Shown here: piece after piece, positions 17,465 to 30,194 of the stretch
Layout of the letters: each line of letters opens with the position of its first letter
Position numbering within the stretch: the stretch's first letter is position 1
Assembly (NCBI GenBank): GCA_947508145.1
Contig: CANNRV010000001.1
Coordinates: 1-44,442 of the forward strand
Length of the DNA stretch: 44,442 nucleotides
Reading direction: 5' to 3'
From: Comamonadaceae bacterium
GTDB taxonomy: Bacteria; Pseudomonadota; Gammaproteobacteria; Burkholderiales; Burkholderiaceae_C
The notes under the pieces: generated by a model
Seen by the model: only the letters and a program-made list of their open reading frames with translations
Database searches by the model: none
What the model was told of the DNA's origin: nothing
Made by a program: the position numbers and the translations under genes

Positions 17465-17498
17465 CAACGCCTGAGACTGTTCATTCACTCAGGCGTTG
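17465..17498 (+). terminator. rpsO downstream hairpin (terminator/attenuator-like)
   Basis: Perfect 11-bp inverted repeat CAACGCCTGAG-N12-CTCAGGCGTTG. The U-tract is weak, consistent with read-through into pnp. Confidence 0.6.
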
Positions 17499-17526
17499 TG
17501 TCTTGGAGCAAGGCACAAGCAAAGCA

Positions 17527-17602
17527 TCTGAATCGGAGCGAAGCTGTGTCATTCCAAAAAAAGCAGTGGCATTTTTCTGGAATGGCATCGTGTTCTGACA
17601 GA
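17527..17602 (+). promoter_or_regulatory. Long stem-loop in the pnp 5' leader (putative RNase III autoregulation site)
   Basis: Nested pairings: TCTG/CAGA, TCGGAGCG/TGTTCTGA, GTGTCATTCCA/TGGAATGGCAT and AAAAA/TTTTT. Confidence 0.6.
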
Positions 17603-17659
17603 GACTTTGGGCTTTCATGAAGTGGCCTTCACTTCTTTAATTCTGTTCAGGAATTCACC

Positions 17660-19795
17660 ATGTCTTTATTCAACAAAGTAACTAAAACCTTCCAGTGGGG
17701 CCAGCACACGGTCACGCTGGAAACCGGCGAAATCGCCCGCCAGGCTGGCGGCGCTGTCATCGTCAATATGGACGACACCGTGGTGCTCGCCACTGTGGTC
17801 GGTTCGAAAAACTCCAAACCCGGTCAAGACTTTTTCCCTTTGACCGTGGACTACATCGAGAAAACATACGCTGCGGGCAAAATCCCCGGTAGCTTTTTCA
17901 AACGTGAAGCCAAGCCCAGCGAACACGAAACACTGACCAGCCGCTTGATCGACCGCCCGATCCGCCCGCTGTTCCCTGAAGGCTTTTACAACGATGTTCA
18001 CGTTGTCATTCACACCATTTCTTTGAACCCCGAAGTGGACGCAGACATCGCCGCCATGATCGGTGTGTCAGCCGCACTCAGCATCTCCGGCATCCCGTTC
18101 AACGGCCCCATTGGTGCGGCCCGCGTCGGTTACATCAACGGCGAATACGTGCTCAACCCCGGTCAAACCCAGCGCAAAGACAGCGTGCTTGAACTGGTGG
18201 TCGCAGGCACAGAAGCCGCCGTGTTGATGGTTGAATCCGAAGCGCTGCAAATGTCTGAAGAAATCATGCTCGGCGCGGTGGTGTTCGGTCACGAACAAAG
18301 CCGTATCGCCATCAATGCCATCCACGAACTGGTGCGTGACGCAGGCAAGCCCGTGTGGGATTGGCAGCCGCCAGCCAAGGACGAGCCTTTGATCGCCAAA
18401 GTCGCTGCGCTCGCCGACGAAAAACTCGCTGCCGCCTACCAAATCCGCAACAAGCAAAGCCGCACACAAGCCTGCCGCGAAGCCTACGCTGCTGTCATGG
18501 AAGGCCTGAAAGCCCAAGGCGTGGAATTCGACAGCGTCAAGGTCGAGAGCATGTTGTTTGACATCGAAGCGCGCATTGTCCGCAGCCAAATTCTGGCCGG
18601 TGAGCCGCGTATCGATGGCCGTGACACACGCACCGTGCGCCCCATCGAAATCCGCAACAGCGTGTTGCCCCGCACCCACGGTTCCGCCTTGTTCACACGC
18701 GGCGAAACCCAGGCTTTGGTCATCACCACACTCGGCACCGAACGCGATGCACAGCGCATTGACGCGCTGGCCGGTGAGTTTGAAGACCGCTTCATGTTCC
18801 ACTACAACATGCCTCCGTTCGCCACTGGCGAAGTCGGTCGCATGGGGAGCACAAAGCGCCGCGAAATCGGTCACGGTCGCCTGGCTAAGCGTGCACTGGC
18901 TGCGTGTTTGCCAACCAAAGAAGAATTCCCGTACACCATGCGTGTGGTGTCAGAAATCACCGAATCCAACGGTTCATCTTCCATGGCCTCCGTTTGCGGT
19001 GGTTGTTTGTCGCTGATGGACGCCGGTGTGCCGATGAAAGCGCACGTGGCCGGTATCGCCATGGGTTTGATCAAGGACGGCAACCGTTTCGCCGTGCTGA
19101 CCGATATTCTGGGTGACGAAGATCATCTGGGCGACATGGACTTCAAAGTGGCCGGTACCACCAACGGCATCACCGCTTTGCAAATGGACATCAAAATCCA
19201 AGGCATCACACAGGAAATCATGCAAGTAGCTTTGGCTCAGGCCAAAGAAGCCCGCATGCACATTCTGGGCAAGATGCAAGATGCCATGGGCGAAGCCAAG
19301 ACCGAGGTCAGCAACTTCGCTCCCAAGCTCTACACCATGAAGATCAACCCCGAGAAAATCCGGGACGTGATCGGCAAAGGCGGCGCGGTCATCCGTGCCT
19401 TGACCGAAGAAACCGGTTGCCAGATCAACATCGAAGAAGACGGCACCATCACCATTGCTGCCACTGACGGCGCCAAAGCTGACGAAGCCAAACGCCGCAT
19501 TCAGGAAATCACCGCAGAAGTGGAAATCGGCAAGATCTACGAAGGCCCGATCACCAAGATTCTGGACTTTGGTGCCCTGGTCAATTTGCTGCCCGGCAAA
19601 GACGGTTTGCTGCACATCAGCCAGATCAGCCATGAGCGCATCGCCAAAGTCACCGACGTACTGGCCGAAGGCCAGATCGTTCGCGTCAAAGTGCTGGAGA
19701 CCGACGAAAAAGGCCGCATCAAGTTGTCGATGAAGGCTTTGTTGGACCGCCCAGAAGCGCCTGCACACCACGAAGAACAACCTCACCAGGAGTGA
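17660..19795 (+). CDS. pnp: Polyribonucleotide nucleotidyltransferase
   Basis: [36 protein letters not shown] and [12 protein letters not shown] motifs; KH and S1 domains. Confidence 0.98.
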   Translation: MSLFNKVTKTFQWGQHTVTLETGEIARQAGGAVIVNMDDTVVLATVVGSKNSKPGQDFFPLTVDYIEKTYAAGKIPGSFFKREAKPSEHETLTSRLIDRPIRPLFPEGFYNDVHVVIHTISLNPEVDADIAAMIGVSAALSISGIPFNGPIGAARVGYINGEYVLNPGQTQRKDSVLELVVAGTEAAVLMVESEALQMSEEIMLGAVVFGHEQSRIAINAIHELVRDAGKPVWDWQPPAKDEPLIAKVAALADEKLAAAYQIRNKQSRTQACREAYAAVMEGLKAQGVEFDSVKVESMLFDIEARIVRSQILAGEPRIDGRDTRTVRPIEIRNSVLPRTHGSALFTRGETQALVITTLGTERDAQRIDALAGEFEDRFMFHYNMPPFATGEVGRMGSTKRREIGHGRLAKRALAACLPTKEEFPYTMRVVSEITESNGSSSMASVCGGCLSLMDAGVPMKAHVAGIAMGLIKDGNRFAVLTDILGDEDHLGDMDFKVAGTTNGITALQMDIKIQGITQEIMQVALAQAKEARMHILGKMQDAMGEAKTEVSNFAPKLYTMKINPEKIRDVIGKGGAVIRALTEETGCQINIEEDGTITIAATDGAKADEAKRRIQEITAEVEIGKIYEGPITKILDFGALVNLLPGKDGLLHISQISHERIAKVTDVLAEGQIVRVKVLETDEKGRIKLSMKALLDRPEAPAHHEEQPHQE

Positions 19796-19802
19796 TGTAG
19801 AC

Positions 19803-20549
19803 ATGAGCGGCAAGTTGATCGTTGGTAACTGGAAAATGAATGGCAGCCTGGCTGCCAATCAGGATTTGGTGCGCGCGGTCATGGCCGGTCTGTCTGATAA
19901 GTCTTGCAAAGTGGCTGTGTGCGCGCCTGCGGTGTATTTGCCGCAGTTGCAGCAACTCGCTGCCGGGTCGCCCCTGTTGTGGGGCGCACAAGATGTGTCC
20001 GCGCACGAGCAGGGTGCTTACACCGGTGAGTTATCTGCGGCGATGTTGCGCGAATTCGCTGTGCGTTACGCCATCGTCGGCCATTCAGAGCGTCGCCAAT
20101 ACCATGGTGAAACCGATGCCGTGGTGGCTACCAAAGCACAACGTGCTTTGGCCGCAGGCATCACGCCCATTGTGTGCGTCGGTGAAACCTTGGCAGAGCG
20201 CGAAGCCGGTCACACCGAAGAGGTGGTCAAGCGACAACTCGCAGCTGTCATCCACACCAACGGGCATTGCATCAGCGAAATCGTCGTGGCTTATGAGCCC
20301 GTGTGGGCGATTGGCACTGGCAAGACCGCCAGTCCTGAGCAGGCGCAACAAGTGCATGCACTATTGCGTGCACAGCTCAAAGCAGCCACACAGCAGCCTG
20401 AACGCATTGCCTTGTTATACGGCGGCAGCATGAATGCCGCGAATGCGGCCAGTTTGTTGGCGCAAGCTGATATCGATGGCGGTTTGATCGGAGGGGCATC
20501 CCTCAAGGCCGCAGATTTTTTGTCCATTGTTGCTGCGGCTTCGCACTGA
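19803..20549 (+). CDS. tpiA: Triosephosphate isomerase
   Basis: GNWKMN, GHSERR, AYEPVWAIGTG, LYGGS and GGASL motifs. Confidence 0.98.
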   Translation: MSGKLIVGNWKMNGSLAANQDLVRAVMAGLSDKSCKVAVCAPAVYLPQLQQLAAGSPLLWGAQDVSAHEQGAYTGELSAAMLREFAVRYAIVGHSERRQYHGETDAVVATKAQRALAAGITPIVCVGETLAEREAGHTEEVVKRQLAAVIHTNGHCISEIVVAYEPVWAIGTGKTASPEQAQQVHALLRAQLKAATQQPERIALLYGGSMNAANAASLLAQADIDGGLIGGASLKAADFLSIVAAASH

Positions 20550-20565
20550 CTTTCACGGAGTTTTC

Positions 20566-20979
20566 ATGAGTACGCTACTTAATCTTTTGTTGCTGGTTCA
20601 AATTTTGGCCGCCTTGGGCATGATCGGCTTGATCCTGGTGCAGCACGGCAAAGGCGCTGACATGGGCGCAGCCTTTGGCAGTGGCACATCCGGCAGTTTG
20701 TTCGGTGCCACCGGTGGGGCCAACTTCCTGTCGCGCACCACCTCGGTGTTGGCGGCAGTGTTTTTTGTGTGCACATTGGCGTTGGCTTATTTCGGCAACC
20801 TGCGCACCAGCAGCGACGGAACCAGTGTGTTGGAACGCGCTGCAGTGACAGCACCTGCGGGCGCGGGCGACAACATTCCAGGCGCATCTCCTGCACCTGC
20901 TTCAGCGGTTGACAAGTCAGTGCCAACTGCCCCGGTCACTCCCGCCGGGTCTCCTGCATCCCAAATTCCTGGCAAGTAA
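20566..20979 (+). CDS. secG: Preprotein translocase subunit SecG
   Basis: LVQHGKGADMGAAFGSG...SLFG...NFLSRTT with two TM helices. Start ATG 20566 follows GGAG. Confidence 0.95.
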   Translation: MSTLLNLLLLVQILAALGMIGLILVQHGKGADMGAAFGSGTSGSLFGATGGANFLSRTTSVLAAVFFVCTLALAYFGNLRTSSDGTSVLERAAVTAPAGAGDNIPGASPAPASAVDKSVPTAPVTPAGSPASQIPGK

Positions 20980-21080
20980 AGCAGGGCAAAAATTCAGTCG
21001 AATGCACTCAGAAGCATGTTTTTTTGGGGTTAAGATCAGAGGCTTTTTCAGAGCCCAAGCTGGGTAAAAAAGTAAGCAAA

Positions 21081-21165
21081 GCCGTCGTGGTGAAATTGGT
21101 AGACACGCTATCTTGAGGGGGTAGTGGCGAAAGCTGTGCGAGTTCGAGTCTCGCCGACGGCACCA
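21081..21165 (+). tRNA. tRNA-Leu (anticodon GAG)
   Basis: Acceptor stem GCCGTCG/CGACGGC with encoded CCA; D-loop GGTAGAC; anticodon arm CTATC-TTGAGGG-GGTAG; long variable arm; GTTCGAG T-loop. Sits in the usual secG-tRNA-Leu-nuoA position. Confidence 0.97.
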
Positions 21166-21241
21166 TCAACATCCGCTGTCATCGTATTGTCAGCACAATG
21201 CACGAAGCTGTTCAGACAATGACCTGCATAAAGAGTTTCCA

Positions 21242-21601
21242 ATGAGCTTAGAGCAGTATCTTCCCGTTCTCTTATTTATTTGTGTTGGCTTGCTCGTTGG
21301 TGTAGCGCCTCAGTTAATAGGCGCATTCCTTGGCCCCCACAAGCCGGACGCAGCGAAAAATTCCCCTTATGAATGCGGCTTTGAAGCGTTTGAAGATGCG
21401 CGCATGAAGTTTGATGTGCGCTACTACCTGGTTGCCATTTTGTTTATCTTGTTCGATTTGGAAATTGCTTTTCTGTTTCCTTGGGCGGTGTCGCTCAAAG
21501 AGATCGGACTGACTGGTTTTTTAGCGATGATGATTTTTCTGACGATCCTGGTCGTTGGCTTCATCTATGAGTGGAAAAAAGGAGCCCTTGACTGGGAATG
21601 A
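21242..21601 (+). CDS. nuoA: NADH-quinone oxidoreductase subunit A
   Basis: PYECGFE, FILFDLE and [10 protein letters not shown] motifs. Confidence 0.97.
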   Translation: MSLEQYLPVLLFICVGLLVGVAPQLIGAFLGPHKPDAAKNSPYECGFEAFEDARMKFDVRYYLVAILFILFDLEIAFLFPWAVSLKEIGLTGFLAMMIFLTILVVGFIYEWKKGALDWE

Positions 21602-21604
21602 CAC

Positions 21605-22081
21605 ATGTCGCTTGAAGGTGTTTTCAAAGAAGGCTTTATCACCACCTCTTACGACTCGGTGGTGAATTGGGCCAAAACAGGTTCGCTGTGGCCCATGACT
21701 TTCGGTTTGGCCTGCTGCGCTGTGGAAATGATGCACGCAGGGGCTGCACGCTACGACATTGACCGTTTCGGCATGTTGTTTCGCCCGAGTCCCCGTCAAT
21801 CCGATTTGATGATCGTCGCCGGTACCTTGTGCAACAAAATGGCACCCGCCTTGCGAAAGGTGTATGACCAAATGTCAGAGCCGCGTTGGGTGCTGTCCAT
21901 GGGTTCGTGTGCCAACGGCGGTGGCTACTACCACTACAGCTATTCGGTGGTGCGCGGTTGTGACCGCATCGTGCCGGTGGATGTGTATGTGCCCGGTTGC
22001 CCGCCTACCGCAGAGGCATTGCTCTACGGCATATTGCAATTGCAATCCAAGATCCGCCGTGAAAACACCATTGCCCGCTGA
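21605..22081 (+). CDS. nuoB: NADH-quinone oxidoreductase subunit B
   Basis: [16 protein letters not shown] and PGCPP motifs. Confidence 0.98.
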   Translation: MSLEGVFKEGFITTSYDSVVNWAKTGSLWPMTFGLACCAVEMMHAGAARYDIDRFGMLFRPSPRQSDLMIVAGTLCNKMAPALRKVYDQMSEPRWVLSMGSCANGGGYYHYSYSVVRGCDRIVPVDVYVPGCPPTAEALLYGILQLQSKIRRENTIAR

Positions 22082-22087
22082 CACTGT

Positions 22088-22705
22088 ATGACCATCACTG
22101 TTTCCATTGATACTTTGCAGTCTGCCTTGCGGCATGTGCTCGGTGAGCGCATTCAACAACTGGTGTTGGCACATGGCGAACTGACGCTGACAGTGCGCGA
22201 CTCAGACTACTTGGCAGTTGCCTTGCTGTTGCGTGACCACCCGGAGCTGGCCTTTGAACAACTGATTGACTTGTGCGGCATCGACTACTCGGCTTACAAG
22301 GACGGTGCGCATTCGGTGTTCACCGATGCCCCGCGCTATGCCGTTGTGTCGCATTTTTTATCCCTGACCCACAACTGGCGTTTGCGACTTCGTGTGCACG
22401 CAACTGACGAGCACATGCCCCAAGTGGATTCGATCAACGACATCTGGAGCGCGGCCAATTGGTTCGAACGCGAAGCCTTTGATCTGTACGGCATTCTTTT
22501 CAGAAACCATGCCGACTTGCGTCGAATACTCACCGACTACGGTTTCATCGGTCATCCGTTCAGAAAAGATTTCCCCACCACAGGGCATGTCGAAATGCGT
22601 TACGACGCCGAGCAAAAACGCGTGATTTACCAACCCGTCACCATTGAGCCGCGCGAAATCACCCCGCGCATCATCCGTGAAGACAATTACGGCGGGTTGC
22701 ATTAA
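22088..22705 (+). CDS. nuoC: NADH-quinone oxidoreductase subunit C
   Basis: [14 protein letters not shown] and [20 protein letters not shown] motifs. Confidence 0.97.
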   Translation: MTITVSIDTLQSALRHVLGERIQQLVLAHGELTLTVRDSDYLAVALLLRDHPELAFEQLIDLCGIDYSAYKDGAHSVFTDAPRYAVVSHFLSLTHNWRLRLRVHATDEHMPQVDSINDIWSAANWFEREAFDLYGILFRNHADLRRILTDYGFIGHPFRKDFPTTGHVEMRYDAEQKRVIYQPVTIEPREITPRIIREDNYGGLH

Positions 22706-22708
22706 GCC

Positions 22709-23962
22709 ATGGCTGATATCAAAAATTACACCTTGAATTTGGGTCCCCAACACCCGGCGGCACACGGCGTGTTGCGTCTGGTGCTGGAGTTAGACGGCGA
22801 AGTGGTGCAACGCGCTGACCCGCATATCGGGCTGTTGCACCGCGCTACCGAAAAACTGGCCGAGAGCAAAACCTTCATCCAGACCTTGCCCTACATGGAC
22901 AGGCTGGACTACGTGTCCATGATGTGCAATGAGCATGCCTATTGTTTGGCGATTGAAAAACTCATGGGACTGGAAGTGCCCATACGCGCCCAATACATAC
23001 GCGTGATGTTTGCTGAAATCACCCGCATGCTGAACCACTTGCTGTGGCTGGGTGCACATGGTTTTGATTGCGGCGCGATGAACATCCTGATTTATTGCTT
23101 CCGCGAGCGCGAAGATTTGTACGACATGTACGAGGCCGTTTCCGGTGCGCGTATGCATGCCGCGTATTTCCGCCCCGGCGGCGTGTACCGCGATCTGCCC
23201 GACAGCATGCCGCAGTACCAGGTCAGCAAAATCAAAAATGCACGTGCCATCGCTCGCTTGAATGACAACCGCCAAGGTTCTTTGCTGGACTTCATCGACG
23301 ACTTCACCCAGCGCTTTCCCAAGTACGTGGACGAATACGAAACCTTGTTGACCGATAACCGCATTTGGAAACAGCGCACGGTCGGCATCGGTGTGGTCAC
23401 ACCTGAGCGTGCCAAAAACCTGGGCTTCACCGGCCCCATGTTGCGCGGCTCCGGCATTGCCTGGGACTTGCGCAAGCAACAACCTTACGACGTGTATGAC
23501 CAAATGGATTTCGATATCCCTGTGGGCTTGACCGGTGATTGCTACGACCGCTATTTGGTGCGCGTGGCCGAGTTACGCCAGTCCAACCGCATCATCAGCC
23601 AATGCGTGAAATGGTTACGCGACAACCCCGGCCCGGTCATCACCGACAACCACAAGGTGGCACCGCCTTCGCGTGAATCGATGAAGACCAGCATGGAAGA
23701 ACTGATTCACCATTTCAAATTGTTCACCGAAGGTTTTCATGTGCCCGAAGGCGAAGCCTATGCCGCCGTGGAACACCCGAAAGGCGAGTTCGGTATTTAC
23801 CTGGTCAGCGATGGTGCGAACAAACCTTATCGCATGAAAATCCGCCCGCCTGGTTTTCCACATCTGGCCGCCATGGACGAAATGACACGGGGACACATGA
23901 TTTCTGACACCGTCGCCATCATCGGCACCATGGACATTGTGTTTGGGGAAATTGACCGATGA
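22709..23962 (+). CDS. nuoD: NADH-quinone oxidoreductase subunit D
   Basis: [18 protein letters not shown] and DIVFGEIDR motifs. Confidence 0.98.
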   Translation: MADIKNYTLNLGPQHPAAHGVLRLVLELDGEVVQRADPHIGLLHRATEKLAESKTFIQTLPYMDRLDYVSMMCNEHAYCLAIEKLMGLEVPIRAQYIRVMFAEITRMLNHLLWLGAHGFDCGAMNILIYCFREREDLYDMYEAVSGARMHAAYFRPGGVYRDLPDSMPQYQVSKIKNARAIARLNDNRQGSLLDFIDDFTQRFPKYVDEYETLLTDNRIWKQRTVGIGVVTPERAKNLGFTGPMLRGSGIAWDLRKQQPYDVYDQMDFDIPVGLTGDCYDRYLVRVAELRQSNRIISQCVKWLRDNPGPVITDNHKVAPPSRESMKTSMEELIHHFKLFTEGFHVPEGEAYAAVEHPKGEFGIYLVSDGANKPYRMKIRPPGFPHLAAMDEMTRGHMISDTVAIIGTMDIVFGEIDR

Positions 23963-24468
23963 ACACCACCGCCGACCATTTCTCCGCTGCCACCATGCAG
24001 CGTTTCCAGCACGAGTTGAACAAATACCCTGCTGACCAAAAGCAATCTGCCGTCATGGCGTGTTTGTCCATACTGCAACAGGAAAACGGTTTTGTCACCG
24101 CTGAGCAGGAAAAAGCCTTGGCTGCAGTACTTGAGATGCCCGTGATGGCAGTGCATGAGGTTTTCACCTTCTACAACATGTACAACCAGCAACCGGTGGG
24201 CCGTTACAAAATCAATGTCTGCACCAACCTGCCTTGTCAGTTGCGCGGCGGTCAGCAAGCCTTAGAACATCTTTGCAAAAAATTGAAAATTGAATCTGGT
24301 GAAACCACCGCCGACGGCATGTTCACTTTGCAACCCGGTGAATGCATGGGTGCTTGCGCGGATGCGCCGGTGTTGTTGGTCAATGACCGCAGCATGTGCA
24401 GTTTCATGAGCCACGACAAACTCGATCAACTGATTGACGGTCTGCACGCAGTAGAGGTCAAGCCATGA
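23959..24468 (+). CDS. nuoE: NADH-quinone oxidoreductase subunit E
   Basis: TFYNMY, CTNLPC and ECMGAC 2Fe-2S ligands. Confidence 0.97.
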   Translation: MNTTADHFSAATMQRFQHELNKYPADQKQSAVMACLSILQQENGFVTAEQEKALAAVLEMPVMAVHEVFTFYNMYNQQPVGRYKINVCTNLPCQLRGGQQALEHLCKKLKIESGETTADGMFTLQPGECMGACADAPVLLVNDRSMCSFMSHDKLDQLIDGLHAVEVKP

Positions 24469-25829
24469 ACTTAGAACAGTTGTTGGGCCAATTCCAAGCC
24501 AAAGGTTTGGAAACTTGTTTTCACGGTCGCCATATCAACCCGCAAATCTACGATGGCCTCAATGGCCGTAACTGGGGTTTGCAAGACTATGTGTCGCGCG
24601 GCGGTTACCAAGCCTTGCGCACCATTCTTGGCTTGAACGGCGAAGCCGCATGGACGCAAGACCAGGTGATTGCTTGCGTCAAAGAATCAGGCCTCAGAGG
24701 TCGCGGCGGCGCAGGCTTTCCCACCGGCTTGAAGTGGAGCTTCATGCCCCGCTTGTTCAACGGTCAAAAATATTTGGTCTGCAATTCAGACGAAGGCGAG
24801 CCGGGCACGTGCAAGGACCGCGACATTCTGGAATTCAACCCGCACATCGTCATTGAAGGCATGGCGATTGCCGCTTACGCCATGGGCATCAGCGTCGGCT
24901 ACAACTACATACACGGCGAAATTTTCCAAACCTACGAACGTTTTGAAGCCGCATTAGACGAAGCGCGGGCCGCCGGTTTCTTAGGCGACCGCATTCAAGG
25001 AAGCGAGTTCAGTTTCCAATTGCATGCCGCCCATGGTTTTGGTGCGTATATTTGCGGCGAAGAAACTGCCTTGCTTGAGTCCCTCGAAGGAAAAAAAGGC
25101 CAGCCGCGATTCAAACCTCCGTTCCCTGCCAGTTACGGCGTGTACGGCAAACCCACCACCATCAACAACACCGAAACCTTTGCGGCCGTGCCTTGGATCA
25201 TTCGCAATGGCGGCGCAGCGTATTTGGCCTGCGGCAAACCAAACAACGGCGGCACCAAGATTTTTTCCGTCAGCGGCGATGTGGTCTTGCCCGGTAATTA
25301 CGAAGTCCCCATGGGCACACCGTTTGCCAAGCTGCTCGAACTCGCCGGTGGCGTGCAAGGCGGCGCATTGAAAGCGGTGATTCCCGGCGGCTCATCGGCG
25401 CCGGTGTTGCCAGCTGCCATCATGATGGACATCACCATGGACTATGACGCGATTGCCAAGGCCGGTTCCATGTTGGGTTCCGGTGCGGTGATTGTGATGA
25501 ACGACACCCGTTGCATGGTGAAAAGTCTGCAACGCTTGTCTGCTTTTTACATGCACGAATCCTGCGGCCAGTGCACGCCGTGTCGCGAAGGCACGGGTTG
25601 GTTGTCGCGCATGGTGGACCGCATTGAAACCGGACACGGCAAACCGTCTGACATGGACTTGTTGGACAACGTGGCGGAAAACATCATGGGCCGCACCATC
25701 TGCGCCTTGGGCGATGCAGCGGCCATGCCGGTGCGCGGCATGCTCAAACATTTCCGTCACGAATTCGAACACCACATCACGCACAAGACCTGTTTGGTCT
25801 CGTCGCACGCGCACGCGGGACAGCAATGA
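24465..25829 (+). CDS. nuoF: NADH-quinone oxidoreductase subunit F
   Basis: [30 protein letters not shown] and [12 protein letters not shown] motifs. Confidence 0.98.
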   Translation: MNLEQLLGQFQAKGLETCFHGRHINPQIYDGLNGRNWGLQDYVSRGGYQALRTILGLNGEAAWTQDQVIACVKESGLRGRGGAGFPTGLKWSFMPRLFNGQKYLVCNSDEGEPGTCKDRDILEFNPHIVIEGMAIAAYAMGISVGYNYIHGEIFQTYERFEAALDEARAAGFLGDRIQGSEFSFQLHAAHGFGAYICGEETALLESLEGKKGQPRFKPPFPASYGVYGKPTTINNTETFAAVPWIIRNGGAAYLACGKPNNGGTKIFSVSGDVVLPGNYEVPMGTPFAKLLELAGGVQGGALKAVIPGGSSAPVLPAAIMMDITMDYDAIAKAGSMLGSGAVIVMNDTRCMVKSLQRLSAFYMHESCGQCTPCREGTGWLSRMVDRIETGHGKPSDMDLLDNVAENIMGRTICALGDAAAMPVRGMLKHFRHEFEHHITHKTCLVSSHAHAGQQ

Positions 25830-27925
25830 TTGAATTACAAATAGACGGCAAAACCGTTCAAGTGACCGAAGGCAGCGTGGTGATCCAAGCGGCTGAACAG
25901 GCCGGTACCTTCATTCCGCATTTTTGCTATCACAAGAAATTGAGCATCGCGGCCAATTGCCGCATGTGTTTGGTGGACATAGAAAAAGCACCCAAGCCCA
26001 TGCCGGCTTGCGCCACACCTGTCACGCAAGGCATGGTGGTGCACACGAAATCAGACCGAGCCATCAAAGCGCAAAAGTCGGTGATGGAATTTTTGCTGAT
26101 CAACCACCCGCTGGACTGCCCGATATGTGACCAAGGCGGTGAATGCCAGTTGCAAGATTTGGCGGTCGGCTACGGCGGCAGCGCCTCGCGTTACGAAGAA
26201 GAAAAACGCGTCGTGTTCCACAAAGATGTCGGCCCTCTCATCAGCATGGAAGAGATGAGCCGCTGCATCCATTGCACACGTTGCGTGCGCTTTGGCCAAG
26301 AGATAGCGGGCAGCATGGAATTGGGCATGTCCCACCGTGGCGAGCATTCTGAAATCGAAGCCTTTGTCGGCGAAACAGTGGATTCAGAACTCTCCGGCAA
26401 CATGATTGATATTTGCCCGGTCGGTGCTTTGACCAGCAAGCCATTCCGTTACCAGGCCCGCACCTGGGAACTCAGCCGCCGCAAATCCATCAGCCCGCAC
26501 GATGCCACCGGTGCCAATTTGATTGTGCAAGTCAAAAACAACCGCGTCATGCGCGTGGTGCCGCTGGAAAACGAAGAAGTCAACGAATGCTGGATTGCAG
26601 ACCGTGACCGCTACAGCTACGAAGCTTTGAACAGCGATGAACGTCTGACCCAGCCCATGCTGAAACAAGATGGACAGTGGATCACCGTGGACTGGTCGAC
26701 TGCGCTGGAATATGTGGCCAATGGTTTGAACCAGATCAAGACAGACCACACTGCTTCAGCCTTGGCTTGTCTGGCCAGCCCGCACAGCACACTGGAAGAG
26801 TTGTACTTGGCATCGCAGTTCATGCGCGGCTTGGGCAGCGACAACATAGACAGCCGTTTACGCGCCGCAGATTTCCAGCACGACGGCAAAGCACGTTGGC
26901 TAGGTACTTCCATTGCATCTTTGTCTACCTTAGACCGGGTGCTCATCATTGGTTCCAACATCCGCAAAGACCAACCATTGCTGGCGCAGCGTATCCGCCA
27001 AGCGGTGCGCCGTGGTGCCAAGGTGCACGCCTTGAATGAACAGCGTTTCGACTGGGCCATGCCATTGGCCGAGGTGTCATTGGCAGACAGTGCGGTATGG
27101 GTTCAGGCATTGGCCGATATCGCCGCCGCAGTGGCTCAACATAAAAACACCGCAGCACCTGCACCCGGCAACGCGTCTTCAGCTGTGGCCCAAGCCATTG
27201 CCACTTCGCTGTTGTCCGGCGAACGCAAAGCCGTCTTGCTGGGCAATGCTGCCGCGCACCACGAAAAAGCATCAAGCCTATTGGCATTGGCCAACTTCAT
27301 TGCTGAACACACGGGTGCCAGCGTGGGTTACCTCGGTGAAGCAGCCAACACCGTTGGCGCACAACTGGTGTCGGCACAACCTCTGCACGGCGGATTGAAT
27401 GCCGCGCACATGTTGCAGTCCTCCAGCCTCAAAGCCATGTTGTTGTTGAACACCGAGCCTGCACTTGACTGTGCCGCTTCATCAAACCGTCTGGCCGGGA
27501 TGGACATGGTGGTGACCATGTCGCCATTCAAAACCAATTTAGACATCAGCGATGTGTTGTTGCCGGTGTCTCCTTTCACAGAAACCGCCGGTACCTTTGT
27601 CAACACCGAAGGCCGCGTGCAAAGTTTCCATGGCGTGGTCAAGCCCTTGGGCGAAACGCGGCCAGCATGGAAAGTGTTGCGCGTGCTGGGCAGCATGATG
27701 AAGTTGCCCGGCTTCAGCTTTGACACGGTGGAAGAAGTCCGTGCGCTGGCTTTGCCAAATGACATGGCTTCCCACTTGTCCAACCACACGCGTGCCAATG
27801 TGGACTTGTCGCCTGCTCAACATGCACCCGTGACCGCATCGATTTACCAGTTGGATGCGCTGGTGCGTCGTGCACCTGCATTGCAGCACACCTCTGATGC
27901 ACAACCTGGACATCACCATGGTTGA
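25826..27925 (+). CDS. nuoG: NADH-quinone oxidoreductase subunit G
   Basis: [28 protein letters not shown] and RCIHCTRC motifs. Confidence 0.97.
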   Translation: MIELQIDGKTVQVTEGSVVIQAAEQAGTFIPHFCYHKKLSIAANCRMCLVDIEKAPKPMPACATPVTQGMVVHTKSDRAIKAQKSVMEFLLINHPLDCPICDQGGECQLQDLAVGYGGSASRYEEEKRVVFHKDVGPLISMEEMSRCIHCTRCVRFGQEIAGSMELGMSHRGEHSEIEAFVGETVDSELSGNMIDICPVGALTSKPFRYQARTWELSRRKSISPHDATGANLIVQVKNNRVMRVVPLENEEVNECWIADRDRYSYEALNSDERLTQPMLKQDGQWITVDWSTALEYVANGLNQIKTDHTASALACLASPHSTLEELYLASQFMRGLGSDNIDSRLRAADFQHDGKARWLGTSIASLSTLDRVLIIGSNIRKDQPLLAQRIRQAVRRGAKVHALNEQRFDWAMPLAEVSLADSAVWVQALADIAAAVAQHKNTAAPAPGNASSAVAQAIATSLLSGERKAVLLGNAAAHHEKASSLLALANFIAEHTGASVGYLGEAANTVGAQLVSAQPLHGGLNAAHMLQSSSLKAMLLLNTEPALDCAASSNRLAGMDMVVTMSPFKTNLDISDVLLPVSPFTETAGTFVNTEGRVQSFHGVVKPLGETRPAWKVLRVLGSMMKLPGFSFDTVEEVRALALPNDMASHLSNHTRANVDLSPAQHAPVTASIYQLDALVRRAPALQHTSDAQPGHHHG

Positions 27926-29000
27926 TACCTTGTTCAACTTTGGCGCTGCCTTGTCCGCTGCACCTTGGTGGGTCAATCTGCTGTGGCCGGTTTTGTGGAC
28001 CTTGCTCAAAATCGTGGCAGTGGTTTTGCCCTTGCTGGGTTGTGTCGCCTATCTCACTTTGTGGGAACGCAAAGCGATTGGTTTTACGCAAATCCGTTTG
28101 GGCCCCAACCGCACTGGCCCCGGTGGCTTGCTGCAACCGATTGCAGACGCTTTAAAAATTCTCACCAAAGAAATCATTCTGCCGACCAAGGCCAGCTCCG
28201 GTTTGTTTTTCCTGGGCCCGGTCATGACCATCATGCCTGTCATGGCGGCTTGGGCTGTGATTCCGTTTGGCCCCGAAGTGGCCTTGGCCAATGTGAATGC
28301 GGGTTTGCTGTTCCTCATGGCGATCACTTCCTTGGAGGTCTACGGCATCATCATTGCAGGCTGGTCATCCAATTCCAAATACGCATTTTTAGGTGCACTG
28401 CGTGCATCTGCGCAAATGGTCAGTTATGAAATTGCCATGGGCTTTTGTTTGGTGGTGGTGTTGATGGTCTCGGGCAGCATGAACATCACCGACATCGTCA
28501 TGGGGCAGGGCAAAGGCATGTTTGCAGCGCAAGGCCTGGGCTTTTTGTCTTGGAACTGGTTGCCTTTGCTGCCGATTTTCATCGTGTACTTCATCGCCAG
28601 TTTGGCAGAAACCAACCGCCACCCGTTTGACGTGGTGGAGGGTGAATCTGAAATCGTTGCGGGTCACATGATTGAATATTCAGGCATGTCATTCGCGATG
28701 TTCTTCCTTGGCGAATACGCCAACATGATTCTGGTCTCCACTATCGCCGTGTTGATGTTCCTGGGCGGCTGGTTGCCACCGGTGGACTCGGCCTTCCTCA
28801 CCTGGGTGCCTGGTTGGATTTGGCTGGCGATCAAAACATTTGTGGTGGTCACCATGTTCTTGTGGGTGCGAGCCACCTTTCCCCGTTTTCGTTATGACCA
28901 GATCATGCGCTTGGGTTGGAAGATTTTCATCCCTGTGACCTTGGTCTGGCTGATTCTCATCGGTGCTTGGATGCAAACACCTTGGAACATCTGGAATTGA
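27918..29000 (+). CDS. nuoH: NADH-quinone oxidoreductase subunit H
   Basis: ERK...[22 protein letters not shown] and PRFRYDQ motifs. Start moved to ATG 27918. Confidence 0.96.
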   Translation: MVDTLFNFGAALSAAPWWVNLLWPVLWTLLKIVAVVLPLLGCVAYLTLWERKAIGFTQIRLGPNRTGPGGLLQPIADALKILTKEIILPTKASSGLFFLGPVMTIMPVMAAWAVIPFGPEVALANVNAGLLFLMAITSLEVYGIIIAGWSSNSKYAFLGALRASAQMVSYEIAMGFCLVVVLMVSGSMNITDIVMGQGKGMFAAQGLGFLSWNWLPLLPIFIVYFIASLAETNRHPFDVVEGESEIVAGHMIEYSGMSFAMFFLGEYANMILVSTIAVLMFLGGWLPPVDSAFLTWVPGWIWLAIKTFVVVTMFLWVRATFPRFRYDQIMRLGWKIFIPVTLVWLILIGAWMQTPWNIWN

Positions 29001-29013
29001 TGCAAACACACCT

Positions 29014-29535
29014 ATGACCTCGCATACTTCCACCACGCCACCTACGCCATTTTCTTGGGCGGATTTTTTCTCCAGCTTCTTGTTGCTGGAGTTCTTCAAA
29101 GGTTTTGCTATCACTGGCAAATACATGTTTGCACGCAAAATCACGGTGCAATTCCCTGAAGAAAAAACACCGCTGAGCCCGCGCTTTCGCGGCCTGCACG
29201 CACTGCGCCGTTACGACAACGGTGAAGAACGTTGCATTGCATGCAAGCTGTGCGAAGCCGTGTGTCCGGCCATGGCCATCACCATCGAATCCGATGTGCG
29301 GGACGACGGTTCACGCCGCACCACACGCTATGACATCGATTTGACCAAATGTATTTTTTGCGGCTTTTGCGAAGAAAGCTGCCCGGTCGACTCGATTGTT
29401 GAAACCCACATCTTTGAGTACCACGGCGAAAAACGCGGCGACTTGTATTTCACCAAAGACATGTTGCTGGCTGTCGGTGACAAATACGAACCGCAGATCG
29501 CGGCCCACAAGGCAGCCGATGCCAAATACCGCTAA
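29014..29535 (+). CDS. nuoI: NADH-quinone oxidoreductase subunit I
   Basis: Two CxxCxxCxxxCP ferredoxin motifs and RFRGLH. Start uncertain (ATG 29014 chosen). Confidence 0.96.
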   Translation: MTSHTSTTPPTPFSWADFFSSFLLLEFFKGFAITGKYMFARKITVQFPEEKTPLSPRFRGLHALRRYDNGEERCIACKLCEAVCPAMAITIESDVRDDGSRRTTRYDIDLTKCIFCGFCEESCPVDSIVETHIFEYHGEKRGDLYFTKDMLLAVGDKYEPQIAAHKAADAKYR

Positions 29536-29555
29536 CCCCAGGGACTGATAAGCAC

Positions 29556-30194
29556 ATGGAAGTCAAGTCAGCGCTGTTCTATCTTTTCTCAGCAGTCATG
29601 CTGTTCGCCGCCTTGCGCGTCATCACGGCACGCAACCCGGTGCACGCCGCTTTGTACCTGGTACTGGCCTTTTTCCAAGCCTCCGGCATTTGGATGCTGC
29701 TCAACGCAGAGTTTTTGTCTATCACCCTGGTGCTGGTGTACGTTGGTGCGGTGATGGTTTTGTTTTTGTTTGTGGTGATGATGATTGATATCAACCTGGA
29801 CGAACTCAAACGTGGCTTTTGGAACCACTTTCCACTCGCGGCCTCAATAGGCGCTGTGCTGGCGCTCGAACTGGCTTCTGTGTTGATGGGTGGTTTTCGT
29901 TCTGTGCAAGTGGTGTCAGATGCCACGCCGGGTTCTGCACCCATGCCCAACACCAAAGAGTTGGGCATTGCTCTGTATACCGATTACTTGTACCCGCTTG
30001 AAATTGCTGCGGTTATTTTGCTGGTGGCCATTGTGTCTGCGATAGCTTTGACCATGCGTGAGCGCAAAGACAGCAAAGCACAAGACCCGTCCGAACAAGT
30101 CAAAGTCAAACCGGCTGATCGTTTGCGCATGGTCAAGATCGACCCGGTGCATCAGGAGCTGGTCCCGCCACCCGCTGAGGAACCGAAGTCATGA
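29556..30194 (+). CDS. nuoJ: NADH-quinone oxidoreductase subunit J
   Basis: NPVHAAL and [17 protein letters not shown] motifs. Confidence 0.96.
   Translation: MEVKSALFYLFSAVMLFAALRVITARNPVHAALYLVLAFFQASGIWMLLNAEFLSITLVLVYVGAVMVLFLFVVMMIDINLDELKRGFWNHFPLAASIGAVLALELASVLMGGFRSVQVVSDATPGSAPMPNTKELGIALYTDYLYPLEIAAVILLVAIVSAIALTMRERKDSKAQDPSEQVKVKPADRLRMVKIDPVHQELVPPPAEEPKS

Noticed and set aside
18068-19858. Long antisense ORFs (268 and 294 aa) within pnp, and similar ones in nuoD, pepN and GMC
   Set aside because: Expected by-product of codon bias in highly expressed genes. They have no motifs or RBS support.
19439-21168. 13-bp match GACGGCACCATCA between pnp (19439-19451) and the tRNA-Leu 3' end (21156-21168) as a possible att pair
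   Set aside because: One copy is inside conserved pnp coding sequence (DGTI), the interval holds core genes, and there is no integrase. It is a chance match.
25826-27925. NuoG shorter than the E. coli protein
   Set aside because: The N-terminal Fe-S motifs are intact and shorter NuoG forms are normal outside enterobacteria. The stop overlaps the nuoH start, so it is not truncated.
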